A stretch of DNA of 64,000 bases. Source: Thainema sp. (GTDB lineage Bacteria > Cyanobacteriota > Cyanobacteriia > Phormidesmidales > Phormidesmidaceae). Below the pieces are notes generated by a model. The model was given only the letters and a program-made list of their open reading frames with translations. It was not told the origin of the DNA and did not search any database. Below, piece by piece: positions 28,418 through 39,348 of this stretch (the first letter of the stretch is position 1; every line of letters starts with the position of its first letter). The stretch spans positions 64,001 through 128,000 of the forward strand of contig JBQLZK010000008.1 of the NCBI GenBank assembly GCA_052168235.1, written 5' to 3'. The translations under genes and the position numbers were made by a program.

Positions 28418-29596
28418 ATGGCTATTATTTCGTCGCAGCAACCGTCGCCAGAGCCAAGAAAAACGCGATCGCAGGTGCGTGCGGCTTCGCCATTGTGCGG
28501 AGAATCCCCGTCCGTTGCTCCCGCACCAGAGCCACTGTTCCAGCATCAGCCCGATCAGACTGGCGATCAGCGCCATTCGGCGCTGTTAGAAGCGGATTCC
28601 CAACCTGATGAGTTTGGCAAGTCGGAAGAGGGTATTCGCCCCACTCGACTGTCAGAATACATCGGGCAAAAGGCGCTGAAAGAAGTGCTCGAAATTGCCA
28701 TCAAAGCCGCTCAGTCTCGGGGTGAAACGCTGGATCACCTGTTGCTGTATGGCCCACCCGGACTGGGAAAAACTACCATGTCGCTTATCCTGGCCGAAGA
28801 AATGAAGGTGAGCTGCAAGATCACCACTGCGCCAGCGCTGGAGCGACCAAGAGATATTGTAGGTCTGCTAGTCAACTTGAATCCGGGCGACATCTTGTTT
28901 ATTGACGAAATTCATCGGCTGCCGCGCATGACCGAGGAAATTCTGTATCCCGCGATGGAAGACCACCGGATCGACATCACCATCGGCAAAGGTCAAAGCG
29001 CCCGCACCCGTAGCCTGCCGCTGCCGCCGTTTACCCTGGTTGGTGCGACGACGCGAGTGGGAGCCTTAACGTCTCCATTGCGCGATCGCTTTGGTTTAAT
29101 CCAGCGACTACGGTTTTATGAACTGGATGAACTGACTGAAATCGTGCTGCGGACGGCTCAGGTACTCAGTACCGCCATTGAGCGCGAAGGGGCGACGGAA
29201 ATTGCCCGCCGCGCCAGGGGTACACCGCGTATTGCCAATCGTCTGCTGAAGCGGGTACGAGATTTTGTGGAAGTGAAGGCCGCCGGTATGGCCATTAATT
29301 CTGCGATCGCAGCCGAGGCGCTGGAACTTTTCAACGTTGATCCTTGCGGTTTGGACTGGACGGATCGACGGCTGCTGACGGTAATGATCGAAAACTTCAA
29401 CGGTGGCCCCGTTGGTCTCGACACAATGGCGGCAGCAACGGGCGAAGATGCCCAAACGATTGAAGAAGTGTACGAACCGTACCTCCTGCAAATTGGCTAC
29501 TTGCAGCGCACCCCGCGCGGACGTATCGCCACGGCAGCAGCCTGGGAACATCTCGGCTACCGCCCCCCCGAAAGTCAACTGCGATTGCTAAGCTAG
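28418..29596 (+). CDS. ruvB: Holliday junction branch migration helicase RuvB
   Basis: [48 protein letters not shown]. Confidence 0.97.
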   Translation: MAIISSQQPSPEPRKTRSQVRAASPLCGESPSVAPAPEPLFQHQPDQTGDQRHSALLEADSQPDEFGKSEEGIRPTRLSEYIGQKALKEVLEIAIKAAQSRGETLDHLLLYGPPGLGKTTMSLILAEEMKVSCKITTAPALERPRDIVGLLVNLNPGDILFIDEIHRLPRMTEEILYPAMEDHRIDITIGKGQSARTRSLPLPPFTLVGATTRVGALTSPLRDRFGLIQRLRFYELDELTEIVLRTAQVLSTAIEREGATEIARRARGTPRIANRLLKRVRDFVEVKAAGMAINSAIAAEALELFNVDPCGLDWTDRRLLTVMIENFNGGPVGLDTMAAATGEDAQTIEEVYEPYLLQIGYLQRTPRGRIATAAAWEHLGYRPPESQLRLLS

Positions 29597-29607
29597 CCTA
29601 CGCTGTT

Positions 29608-29640
29608 GATGCGTTACGGCTAGCGCCTAACACATCCTAC
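29608..29640 (-). repeat. GTAG-type REP
   Basis: Minus strand GTAGGATGTGTTAGGCGCTAGCCGTAACGCATC. Confidence 0.7.
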
Positions 29641-29660
29641 GAAACTACAAAGCTGATTTT

Positions 29661-30353
29661 TTAAGCTTCCGAAAGCTGCTGTATAAATTCGCTATGTTCG
29701 CTAGTTGCCAATCCAGCTTGTAAAATCGTCAATACCTGAGCCATATTGCCAGCTAGCAGCTCGTTCACCGCGAGCCACAGTCCCGGAAACCTCGCGCTGC
29801 GAATCACACCGCTCTCATCAGTGGGTAGCTGTACGTATTCACCGTTCTGCAACGCAAACCAGTCGAGCCGTTGATCAAAAACTTGCCAGACAATGTATTC
29901 CTGCACGCCGTTGCGTCGATAGGCACGTTTTTTGTCGCCCAAGTCAATCGTTGCGCTACTGGCGGCAATTTCGACGACTAATTCTGGCGCTCCTTCAATA
30001 TAATCATCCTCACTGAGCCGAGTTTGGCCACCGCACTGCGGTTCAATCAGCAAGACCGCATCGGGTTGGGGGGCATTGTCTAGGTCTAGGCGAACCGTAG
30101 GAGTATCTCCAAGTTCTACGCCAGGCGTTGCTACTTTGTATGTCCAGAGCCAGCCCATAATATTACCGTGGGGTTGACCATGACTCCGAAAGCGCAACGC
30201 CGCTGGCATATAGACCACTCCCTCAATTAGTTCTGCTTTCTTTAACTTTGGCATCGCCGCAGAGCGTCGCTCAAACTCATAGCGATTGAGCCGATCGCCA
30301 TTTTCCAGCGGCGGAACTTTAAACGGCAAGGATGAAAGCTGGAATTGAGCCAT
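29661..30353 (-). CDS. Uma2-family putative endonuclease
   Basis: LENGDRL, AELIEGVVYM, PQPDA, GAPELVVEIAASS, YRRNGVQEYIVW. Confidence 0.92.
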   Translation of the reverse strand: MAQFQLSSLPFKVPPLENGDRLNRYEFERRSAAMPKLKKAELIEGVVYMPAALRFRSHGQPHGNIMGWLWTYKVATPGVELGDTPTVRLDLDNAPQPDAVLLIEPQCGGQTRLSEDDYIEGAPELVVEIAASSATIDLGDKKRAYRRNGVQEYIVWQVFDQRLDWFALQNGEYVQLPTDESGVIRSARFPGLWLAVNELLAGNMAQVLTILQAGLATSEHSEFIQQLSEA

Positions 30354-30528
30354 GATTTTCTCTACCAGTCGCGTTCTAGCTACATACAGTCTACCGATTG
30401 GGCCAATTTGTGCTGCTATATTCTCCCCTGCTTTCCTGCCCCTTTGCCCTCCTATCCACTACCGCTAGCAGCCACTACCCTACAATGAACAGGTAAGTAA
30501 TTATGCTGTCACTACGCGATCGCAACTC

Positions 30529-31344
30529 ATGAAAATGCTGCGCTGTTTATTGGTTCTCTGCTTAATTGGATTGCTCAATCTGATTGCTGTACCCATGCCC
30601 TCGGCTTGGGCTGACGATGCTCCGCAGTGGAGTGAAGCCGAAATTGAGCAGTTGGAAGCGCTGGATCAGCAGGCATTTGCCGCCGCTCGGCAGGGAGATT
30701 TTGCCCAGGCGGAGCAGGCTTGGACAGAAATGCTGGAAATTATGCCAGATAACGCCGCCATCTGGAGCAATCGCGGCAATGTGCGGGTGAGTCAAAACAA
30801 AATTGAGGATGCGATCGCAGATTACAACCAGGCCATTGAGCTAGCACCGGATGCCGCCGATCCCTACTTGAACCGAGGTACAGCCTGGGAAGCCCAGGAG
30901 AAATGGCAGGCTGCGATTGATGATTACAATCGCGTATTAGACATTAATCCTGAGGACGCGGCGGCCTACAACAATCGAGGCAATGCGGAAGCGGGATTAG
31001 GACAGTGGGAAAATGCGATCGCAGACTATAAAAAAGCCTTTGAACTGAATTCAAATTTTGCGTTTGCCCGCGTCAACTATGCCCTCGCTCTGTACCAAGA
31101 TCAGCAAACCGATTTGGCAATTAAAACGCTGCGAGATTTAACCCGGAAGTATCCGAATTTTGCCGATGCACGGGCTGGACTGACGGCAGCGCTCTGGGCA
31201 GAGGGCAAACCGGGAGAAGCCGAAAGCAACTGGGTTGCCGTGACGGGGCTGGATTCTCGCTACAGAAATATTGACTGGGTGCGGAACGTGCGCCGCTGGC
31301 CGCCTGCAATGGTCGAAGCGCTGGCGACATTTTTGAGCCTCTAA
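30529..31344 (+). CDS. Tetratricopeptide repeat protein with signal peptide
   Basis: Repeats of NRG...AI.DY..A. Confidence 0.9.
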   Translation: MKMLRCLLVLCLIGLLNLIAVPMPSAWADDAPQWSEAEIEQLEALDQQAFAAARQGDFAQAEQAWTEMLEIMPDNAAIWSNRGNVRVSQNKIEDAIADYNQAIELAPDAADPYLNRGTAWEAQEKWQAAIDDYNRVLDINPEDAAAYNNRGNAEAGLGQWENAIADYKKAFELNSNFAFARVNYALALYQDQQTDLAIKTLRDLTRKYPNFADARAGLTAALWAEGKPGEAESNWVAVTGLDSRYRNIDWVRNVRRWPPAMVEALATFLSL

Positions 31345-31358
31345 CCCTTAATCCACAA

Positions 31359-31394
31359 AGCAGATGGCCGCCGCTGATGCGGCGGCCATCTGCT
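31359..31394. terminator. Bidirectional terminator hairpin
   Basis: Perfect 16-bp stem AGCAGATGGCCGCCGC/GCGGCGGCCATCTGCT between convergent genes. Confidence 0.75.
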
Positions 31395-31404
31395 CTTTTT
31401 TGTC

Positions 31405-32157
31405 TTATAGCCCAATCGATGCACAGGGGACTAAGCGAATATTCTGCCCAAATCCTCCTGGGCCTGTTTCTGAAATCCAGCCGCGAATGCCGAATCGCTC
31501 AATCGGTGTCCAAATTCGTCCCCGCTCAATGGGTGGCACTGTTTGGGTGACGCGCGTTCCGGTAATGCGGAAGCCCTGTCCAGGCGATACACCCCCAATC
31601 GTAAAGGCTTGCGTATTGGGCTGGGTGTTAATGGCTAGATTGGCTTGGGCAATGCCGCAGCCGATCACTGGCCCGGTTGGCGGAGAGGGGGGCGGTACAG
31701 GTGGAGGGGCCGGAGTGGAAAAGCAGGGCACCAAGAAGGCCGTCAAAATAAAGCCAGTGACAGGTTGGCTAATCCGAATCCAGCCAAAGTCGGGCTGATT
31801 GACTGGGCCAGCCAGCGTCAACCGAGTCCCCGTAGGCACATCTCGTAAGCGAGCAGCGGCCAAGTCCGCACTACTGTAGATCCGTTCGAGACGGCGAGTT
31901 TGACGGCACTGTCCTGCCAAATTTTGGGCCAGTAGCTCAGATTCTGCCGCGTCGAGAAGACTGGAATTTGGGTCGTCCGGCATTGGGGTTGAAATCAGCG
32001 GTTGAGGAACCTGTTGCGCCGATGATGCCGCTTCTGTCGTCGAGAAATTGGCTACTTGTGCGGCAACAGGGAAACTGGCTAACGCCAAGAATGAACTTGC
32101 GATCGCAATGCTAAAGCAACTGATGGGTAGTCGGTGGGTGAATGAGGGAATTGACAC
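31405..32157 (-). CDS. Exported protein with two SH3b-like segments and a Pro-rich linker
   Basis: Signal peptide, GWIRISQPVTGFI, PAPPPVPPPSPP, GIRGWISE. Confidence 0.65.
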   Translation of the reverse strand: MSIPSFTHRLPISCFSIAIASSFLALASFPVAAQVANFSTTEAASSAQQVPQPLISTPMPDDPNSSLLDAAESELLAQNLAGQCRQTRRLERIYSSADLAAARLRDVPTGTRLTLAGPVNQPDFGWIRISQPVTGFILTAFLVPCFSTPAPPPVPPPSPPTGPVIGCGIAQANLAINTQPNTQAFTIGGVSPGQGFRITGTRVTQTVPPIERGRIWTPIERFGIRGWISETGPGGFGQNIRLVPCASIGL

Positions 32158-32402
32158 AGAACTTGCCTAAGAGAGTCGAAGGCCATTAACGGGCTAGGGC
32201 GAGATCAGGCCGGATGGTACCGAAATTTTCTGCACTAGCCACCAATGTCCCCCCAAAATCCCGAATATTATAGCGGCTACTACCAAATCTGACTCAATTA
32301 AGTCGGTTGACATCAATAAACTCAACTTACAGACAGAGGGATCGCCCTGGCGCTGGATGTTGCGCTTGTGTAAACCAACCGATTAAATTTATGGACTGTT
32401 TA

Positions 32403-32505
32403 TAAGTGGCTGCATATAAATAAACACATCTAAAAACCGGGGGAGCGCCCCTCAGGGGCGCTCCCCCGGTTTTTAGATATGCATTTATTTATGCCAACCT
32501 ACTTA
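32403..32505. repeat. MITE-like element with a perfect 25-1-25 central hairpin
   Basis: Ends TAAGTGG..ATAAATAAA / TTTATTTAT..CTACTTA; core 32428-32478. Confidence 0.75.
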
Positions 32506-33045
32506 GAACAGATGATGAGAAAGAGGACACGTTTTAGCTGTTGAATCTTTCAGGCCTTTTTTAGGTTTGCGGTAGGTAAAACAAATAAAACTTTGAAGTC
32601 CTGATGGAGTATAGATTTCAAACGAAAAACCAAAATGTATAGCTCTGCTGGTGATAATGAATCTAGCGACACGTTTCTGTTTTTAGAAATACTGTTGAAT
32701 GTCTTGCCAGATCAGGGATTCTAGATACTCAAGCTGTTCTTGCTGCGATCTCAGTTATCTTCATTGTTTGGTAAATAGCTTGACTTAAATTCACTTCAGC
32801 GAAGTAGATGCTGTCGTTAGTACAACGGAATATAAACCTAAATCAAGCAATGCTGAGGCTTTGGCCAAATTGATCGGCAGCAGCAGCATATTCTGTTGCA
32901 TCTTTTACGAAAACTCCGTGATTCTATCTACGAATGAAGCGTTTAGCGAAAAAAGGTTAAATAAACACAAATAATGACGCAAATAAAAAATATGTACTTA
33001 GGATATTAAAAGAAGCAATCTCTCTAATAAAGGGCGACAATCATT

Positions 33046-33441
33046 ATGGATTCAGTCCAGAAGCAAATTCTTGCTCTAAATACCAAAGTCGATGCGCTAC
33101 ATCAGGTGATTGAACAAATCAACGTTCGGGTGTTAGACGCTATTTCAGCCCAAAGTATCAGAACCGGCAACAAAATTGGTTCTGAAGCCAAGGGCTCGGC
33201 TGATTTCAATTCCATGAGCTATCTAGATACTCATCCTCATTTTTCGGGTCGTGGCTTAGATGAAGCCTTTGGCCACAAGGATATTTTGTCAGATGGCGAC
33301 TATTTCGAGGCGGATAGCCCAAGCCATGAACGCGATATTGATCCGGCGATTCAAATTCAGCGGCTCACGGCTCAACTCACAGCGGCCTACAATCGAATTG
33401 CGGCTTTGGAGGAACAGCTACTGGCTCGTCGTGTTCTGTAA
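33046..33441 (+). CDS. Conserved cyanobacterial coiled-coil hypothetical protein
   Basis: HKDIL.D, IQIQRLTAQLTAAYNRIAALEEQLL. Confidence 0.8.
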   Translation: MDSVQKQILALNTKVDALHQVIEQINVRVLDAISAQSIRTGNKIGSEAKGSADFNSMSYLDTHPHFSGRGLDEAFGHKDILSDGDYFEADSPSHERDIDPAIQIQRLTAQLTAAYNRIAALEEQLLARRVL

Positions 33442-33917
33442 TACCCTGTTTGCTGTCCTCGCAGGTGGGTTTGCTCTCACCAGTTTTCGCATTCTCAAAT
33501 TTGTTAATTAGGCTCTTTTGCGCTTCACTTCAATTGTTCGCTTTAGCGGCTGTTGTTAAATTGGTGCAAACTCAACGATACGGTTGACAAAACAGTCTCT
33601 TCGCTACGTTGTTGTCTGAGATCCGGTTAAAAACGTTTGAGTTCAGTCGCCAGATGCCGATCAGGCTCAAAGTTCTTCAGACTAGTTTTTGTTAAGCAAC
33701 TTAGAATGCGGTGCTGGGCGTACACAATGCGTCCAGTACCGCATTTTTTGTAACTTCACATCCTGGGATTTCATAAATGTCTCGCTCAACGTGGCGACGG
33801 CTGTATGGAGTGCGATCGCAATTTTTCTGTTTTGCCTAAAATTTTTGAAACTTTCGTGTGCCGTTTTGGTGAGTGCTTGCTAACATCCTCTCTAATTGAT
33901 TCGTGCTGGTGTGAGGA

Positions 33918-35291
33918 ATGTCTACTTCAAATACGCTGTATCAGCCTTCTCTGCTGGATTTGGCAAGGCAAGGCAATTGTCAGGCACTCAATTATTGGCT
34001 CAGCAGTTTGCTGGAGCCGCAGGGCATGCACATTCGGGTGCAGCCATCGCGAGCCGGCATGCTGAATGTGATTGTGGATGTGCATCGTGAACCGATTCGT
34101 CGTCGTCTGATTCGGTTTATCTGCTATCACATTTGGTTGCTCAATTCGTCAGTTATCGAGCGGGTACGAATTGTGGTGCGCGATACTATCCAAGGAGAAA
34201 TTCTCTGGCACCAGTCGGTGCGGATCAAAACACCAGCGAATAATACGACCTCAACCCGTAAGGCATCGGTTCGTCTTCTGCCCGGTAGCAGCACGGCCAA
34301 GAGTCGCTTCCAGGTTCTGCGATCGCTGTTTTTGAATCAGTTTTCGGCTTTGGCGCTGGTGATTGTTTACTGCTTCATGTTTGCCAATGCCATCAATCAA
34401 GAAGCCAGTGAAAATACGGCGACCTACTCTGGCGATGCGATCGCATTCGTCTCTGCAGCAGCATCTACGCTGGAACTGCCCCGTGCCACATCAGCGGCGA
34501 TTGTTGAATTTAGAAACTATGCCGAAGCCCAAACCCGCCATCTGATCCCCGATGAGTATAAAGGGCAAATTGTGCGCAGTGCTCCCGCTGCTAATGGTGA
34601 AAAAGTCGTGGCGCTCACGTTCGATGATGGACCGTGGGAAGGCACAACGGCTCAAGTGCTGGATATCCTGAATCAGCACGACATCAAAGCCACCTTCTTT
34701 TGGGTGGGACAGCATCTCCAGCGCCACCCCGAGTTGGCCAAACAGATTGCTGAGGATGGACACGCCTTTGGCAACCACTCCTGGAGCCACATTATGCACC
34801 CGTCCGATCCGCAGACCGTGGCCAACGAGATTGATCGCACCAGCGATTTAATTCATCAGCTAACTGGGGAAAGGCCGCTCCTATTCCGGCCCCCAGGCGG
34901 TTACCTGGATACGGGGTTATCGGAATATGCCCAGCAGCAAGATCATGCGATCGCAATGTGGTCAGCGGATTCTGAAGATTACTACGTGCCTGCACCTGTG
35001 CTAACAGACAACGTGCTGCGCCAGGTGACGCCGGGTGGCATTGTGCTGCTCCACGATGGCGGCGGCGATCGCTCGGCCACGGTGCAGTCGCTACCCCAAA
35101 TCATTGCCACATTGAAACAGCAGGGCTACAAGTTTGTTACGGTGCCACAGCTCTTAAAGCAGGCCGTCAATCAGATGATGCCCGCTCCTTCGATTCCGGG
35201 GGCTAGCCCCAGTCCGCTGCATCAACCTGTTCCATCGAACTTGACGGATGATGCAACCCCACTGGCCATTCCGGATATCCCGCGATTCTAA
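33918..35291 (+). CDS. Polysaccharide deacetylase (NodB-like) with N-terminal cytoplasmic domain and TM segment
   Basis: VALTFDDGP, GNHSWSH, FRPPGG, IVLLHDGGG. Confidence 0.9.
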   Translation: MSTSNTLYQPSLLDLARQGNCQALNYWLSSLLEPQGMHIRVQPSRAGMLNVIVDVHREPIRRRLIRFICYHIWLLNSSVIERVRIVVRDTIQGEILWHQSVRIKTPANNTTSTRKASVRLLPGSSTAKSRFQVLRSLFLNQFSALALVIVYCFMFANAINQEASENTATYSGDAIAFVSAAASTLELPRATSAAIVEFRNYAEAQTRHLIPDEYKGQIVRSAPAANGEKVVALTFDDGPWEGTTAQVLDILNQHDIKATFFWVGQHLQRHPELAKQIAEDGHAFGNHSWSHIMHPSDPQTVANEIDRTSDLIHQLTGERPLLFRPPGGYLDTGLSEYAQQQDHAIAMWSADSEDYYVPAPVLTDNVLRQVTPGGIVLLHDGGGDRSATVQSLPQIIATLKQQGYKFVTVPQLLKQAVNQMMPAPSIPGASPSPLHQPVPSNLTDDATPLAIPDIPRF

Positions 35292-35371
35292 AAGTCCAGG
35301 GAATGTTTGCTGCTTCTGCGATCTCATCTCATACAGTCGCTCTCAACCAGGAATGCCTTTCGGGGTATCAG

Positions 35372-35412
35372 AGTATAAATCGCTGCACACTTGCCGTGCA
35401 GCGATTTATACT
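35372..35412. repeat. Perfect 17-7-17 hairpin within a degenerate MITE-like shell
   Basis: AGTATAAATCGCTGCAC-ACTTGCC-GTGCAGCGATTTATACT. Confidence 0.75.
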
Positions 35413-35630
35413 GCACGATGCTAGCGTCATTCAGGTAAGAATACGGGCGTTATTCGGTCTAAGAAGACGCAAAATGAACCTGTGTATTCCGGGAAAATAC
35501 CCAAATTCCGCGTCATTCTGCAAAGCCTTCCGGATAGTCGGGCTTAACGTCCGAAAAGCTTGATAGTGCGTCGCCTTACGTCTACATCTGCTCGATACAG
35601 CGATGCAACTAGCGCGAAGGAGTATCCATA

Positions 35631-36680
35631 ATGACCGATCTGATGACTGCGTCTCTATCTCAAGCCAGCATCTTAAATGCAATGACGACTGATCTGTGGC
35701 AGCAGGTTCAACCCCGCCTCCAGCAAAGCGGAATTTATCAGAAGATTGTGGCCTATTTTCAACAGTCTGATCCTCACAGCGATCAGCACAGCCATCAACG
35801 GTTTGATGATAATCCAGTTGCGATTCAGTCGCTGTTGGATCAAATGGCCCAAACTGTGATCAATCTAGTGTCAGAAGTTACTCAACCGAGCGCTGACTTG
35901 ACGACCCAGTTAAACTCCCAGTTAAATACCGATATTCCAATCCATACCGCACAGGATACGGAATCGGCTGCTGACGATATGGCGCTGTTGGTGGGCATGG
36001 CCGATGCTCAGGCTGAAACCACGGATCTTCATGCAGTGGAAACTGCGATCGCAGAATATCCGAAAGCGTCCCCCCTCAATAAACTAAAAAATCCGTTCCA
36101 CTGGTCAGCCAAGCCATCACCTATGGAACTACGCACACAGAGGCAACAGGCCCGAGCGGCTCGTCTGCTCGAAATCGCTGATCTGCTCAAGCACACTCGT
36201 GAGCAAAAAGGCATCTCACTGGCTCAAATTCACCAATCAACTCATGTAACCATTCATCAGCTGCAACTGCTTGAAAACGGCAATCTGGAGCAGCTACCTG
36301 AGGATATTTACCTGCGGGGCTTCATTCGCCGCATTGGTAATGTTTTAGGGCTAGACGGTATGGCGCTGGCGAGTTCGATCCCGTCGCTCGATGATGTTGA
36401 AGCCCACACGGTCAAGCCATCCTGGCAAGTCGGGATGGAAACACCTCGCGGCATCCAGTTTCAGTCAGCCCACTTATACGTTGCCTATGCTGCTCTGATG
36501 GCTGGCTCCGCAGGTGGACTGAACCTGATTATCAATTCGTCTCAGCCGACAACGACGGAACTGCCGCCCCTTGAGCCATTGACGGAATCGAGCCAGTCCA
36601 ACGATGACTTAAGCTACCTCAATCCAGACAGCCTCAAATCGTTACAAGAAGTTGCTCCACCAGAAGTCATGCCTTATTAA
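35631..36680 (+). CDS. RodZ-like helix-turn-helix protein
   Basis: LKHTREQKGISL.QI...T.....QLQLLENG..EQLPEDIYLRGFIRR; TM HLYVAYAALM. Confidence 0.8.
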   Translation: MTDLMTASLSQASILNAMTTDLWQQVQPRLQQSGIYQKIVAYFQQSDPHSDQHSHQRFDDNPVAIQSLLDQMAQTVINLVSEVTQPSADLTTQLNSQLNTDIPIHTAQDTESAADDMALLVGMADAQAETTDLHAVETAIAEYPKASPLNKLKNPFHWSAKPSPMELRTQRQQARAARLLEIADLLKHTREQKGISLAQIHQSTHVTIHQLQLLENGNLEQLPEDIYLRGFIRRIGNVLGLDGMALASSIPSLDDVEAHTVKPSWQVGMETPRGIQFQSAHLYVAYAALMAGSAGGLNLIINSSQPTTTELPPLEPLTESSQSNDDLSYLNPDSLKSLQEVAPPEVMPY

Positions 36681-37065
36681 TCCAACGTCACGTTTGTCCG
36701 CGCCAAGCTTGTTTTATCGCAGTAGTCATACGAAGTGTAGCCACATTAGACTGTAGCCACATTAGTTAGGACGTTGAAAATCTCTGAAAACGTGCAAACC
36801 TTTAAGGGATATGGTTCTGCTAGACCGTGTATGGTCGATTCTGACCGACTATTACCTCAAAATGTAGAGCTAACCAGCGGGAATAAGCCGTTTATTGCCC
36901 TAGAAAACCTGACAATTGCCTCTTAGGACAGATTAATGATCTATGTCTTATTGCCGAGGATGGCCAATTTGACGGTTTCTAGACTGAGTCAGGCTTTGGT
37001 TCATGCGCGAGTAAACCAAAGGATACTGATTTTAGCTTACAAAACGCTCATACTGGAGAACGACC

Positions 37066-37275
37066 ATGACACGGCTATTTAACTTCGTTTCCCATTTGTC
37101 TCCTGCTAAGGGAATTGCTGCGCTCCTCTTGGTACTCACCGCAATTGTATTACCTGCCTGTGATGCTGGAGGAGACCTAGATGAAGGCGTGGGAGAAGAA
37201 GAACTAGGCGAAGAAGAAGGACTCGGTGAAGAGGAGGGGCTCGGTGAAGAAGAAGGGCTAGGCGAGGAAGAATAA
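37066..37275 (+). CDS. Small acidic lipoprotein with GEEEGL repeats
   Basis: GGAG RBS, lipobox LPAC, repeats with synonymous codon variation. Confidence 0.7.
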   Translation: MTRLFNFVSHLSPAKGIAALLLVLTAIVLPACDAGGDLDEGVGEEELGEEEGLGEEEGLGEEEGLGEEE

Positions 37276-37602
37276 TGAACCAACGAGTAGCACGTTACAA
37301 GACGTAAGCGTTCAATTACTCAAACAAGCGGATTGACCAGTGCATTGGTTGTCGAAGAAACGTAATGAACGTGTTCTATTAGCTGCAATTTTGAGTCAGT
37401 TCTCAGGGATTGGCTCAAAATAAGCTTAGAAAAAATCGCTTCTTTCTCACCATTGCCCTATGAAATTACGTCTTGAAAATCTTTACTCAAGCTAAACGCT
37501 CAGATTGATATGATTTAGATGGAGAGAAGCTTGCGACTCGCTGCTATCGCGAAGCTTCACCATCCTCCAATTGCACCACATGCACAATTAGGAGGTCAAA
37601 TC

Positions 37603-38022
37603 ATGTCACATCATTCTGCTAAAGACACTCCAGAATTCACTTTAATACCAATACATCACGCATTGAATTATGTAGGTGATCAGCTAACAGAAACAACTCT
37701 GCCTGATCCGTGGGCTGCAAGCTCCTTAGAGGCAGCAGAGTCAACTTCTACCTTTTGGCAATTCCCGCTTGATCCAAAGCACGAGATTGAAGCAGCTCCA
37801 GCCCCGGATGGTATTTTGAGTGCGGCTGATCTGCCTACGCTACTACGAATTCCGGCACACACTACGGAGCTAAAAAGCGAGCCAGCGTTGACCTCTGTGG
37901 AAATTCTGTTGCAGGAGGAGCTCAAAATCAGTGCTACGCGGGATAAAACGCTTTGGGAGCATGTACGGGATGGATTAGCACTGTTGGGGTGGAGTGAATC
38001 GCGTCGTCAGTCCTCAATCTAG
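37603..38022 (+). CDS. Hypothetical protein
   Basis: AGGAGG RBS before ATG 37603. Confidence 0.55.
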   Translation: MSHHSAKDTPEFTLIPIHHALNYVGDQLTETTLPDPWAASSLEAAESTSTFWQFPLDPKHEIEAAPAPDGILSAADLPTLLRIPAHTTELKSEPALTSVEILLQEELKISATRDKTLWEHVRDGLALLGWSESRRQSSI

Positions 38023-38118
38023 CGTTTTTCCCACAGCGTTCATGCAGGCGGTCTACGGAATTAGGTCTGAAAACCCTGAATTTACCTGTATCAGCGTCGG
38101 GTTGCCGGAGGAACGGAT

Positions 38119-38724
38119 ATGTCTGGCCGAGGGTATTGGATGGGTTTGACGGGTTGGGTTAGCGGGTCGTTGCTGTTGAGTATGGTGGCTCCATCGATTC
38201 TGCTGGCTCAAAATGCTCCTGCTCCGACTGAGTTTTCAACTTCTACACCATCACTGTCCCAACTGGCAGACGGAGCCTATCAGTTTTGCACCGAGCCCGA
38301 TCCGCAGGATTGGCAAGACGGTGCGGGCGTTTGCCTCAACTTTGTTAAACAGGGCTCTGGCATTGATGGCTACTACGGCTATCCGCATAGCGATGTTTTT
38401 GTCTGCCTACAGGGCGAACTGGCTGAAGGATGGCTTGAGGGCCAAGGCTTGATGATTAACTGGAACAGCGATCTTGAAGATACAGGTGGCAACGCCCAGG
38501 TATCTGCAACCGAGCCAACGGCTGAGCAAGTCGAGGAAGCCTGGGATATAGAAGGGCGACTCTTTTTAAGTCAACCAGAAATGATCCAACCTCAAGAGAC
38601 CGAGGATGATCAAATCGGCTGGATTCTGTATCAGCAGGCCAAGCTGAATGTAGAAGGGCTACACGCCTATCCCAGTCCGCGTATGACGCCGCCTAATCAG
38701 CTTTGTACTTGGCCACAACGATGA
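38119..38724 (+). CDS. Hypothetical exported protein
   Basis: Signal-like N-terminus; LADGAYQFC.EP..., GYYGYPHSD. Confidence 0.7.
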   Translation: MSGRGYWMGLTGWVSGSLLLSMVAPSILLAQNAPAPTEFSTSTPSLSQLADGAYQFCTEPDPQDWQDGAGVCLNFVKQGSGIDGYYGYPHSDVFVCLQGELAEGWLEGQGLMINWNSDLEDTGGNAQVSATEPTAEQVEEAWDIEGRLFLSQPEMIQPQETEDDQIGWILYQQAKLNVEGLHAYPSPRMTPPNQLCTWPQR

Positions 38725-38807
38725 TCCCAAAAACGGCGAGTGGGCTAGTCCTCGTCACAGGCAAGAACTAACCCACTCGCAATATACCCACTCGCAATAT
38801 TGGGAGA

Positions 38808-39176
38808 CTAACTCATGACTTCAACCGTTTCGGTTTCCATCGCATGATGATTATCTTGAGACGCGGGTAGCAAGCGCTGCTGTTCTTCGAGCTCAACTCG
38901 ATAGCGCTCGACATTTTCTTCCAGTTCTTGAATGCGGGTTTCTTGCTGTTTCGCCACGTTGTTCACGGTGATCATGCGCTGAACCCCGGCCCATACGCTG
39001 AAGATCCAGGCCAGGACAGCACCAATGCCCATCGCTGCCATGAGTTCAATACACAGCGGAGCCTGCAAGTCGATTCCTTTCACAACGTGGATGACGGCTG
39101 GTTCGGTATTCTCAATGCCGAACAATACCAGTGCCAGACAAATGACGAAAATTAAGACAAAGTTGATCTGACGCAT
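38808..39176 (-). CDS. LapA-domain membrane protein
   Basis: ALVLFGIENTEPAVI, second TM segment, coiled tail. Confidence 0.8.
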   Translation of the reverse strand: MRQINFVLIFVICLALVLFGIENTEPAVIHVVKGIDLQAPLCIELMAAMGIGAVLAWIFSVWAGVQRMITVNNVAKQQETRIQELEENVERYRVELEEQQRLLPASQDNHHAMETETVEVMS

Positions 39177-39348
39177 CTTTAAGGTCCCCTAAATCTTGAG
39201 TTCAAAATAGCGCTAGAAACGCACGCTCCCCCTTTGCCTCTATGGTGTACCGCAAATTTTTAACAATGCGGGCAATCCCACAAAGTTCTTAAGAAAGTTC
39301 GTTGCAGATGGGTATGACCAACAAATTATGGTGAAGGGGGGGAGCTGA

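Noticed and set aside
29108..29578. 156-aa ORF antisense to ruvB
   Set aside because: Shadow ORF of a conserved gene
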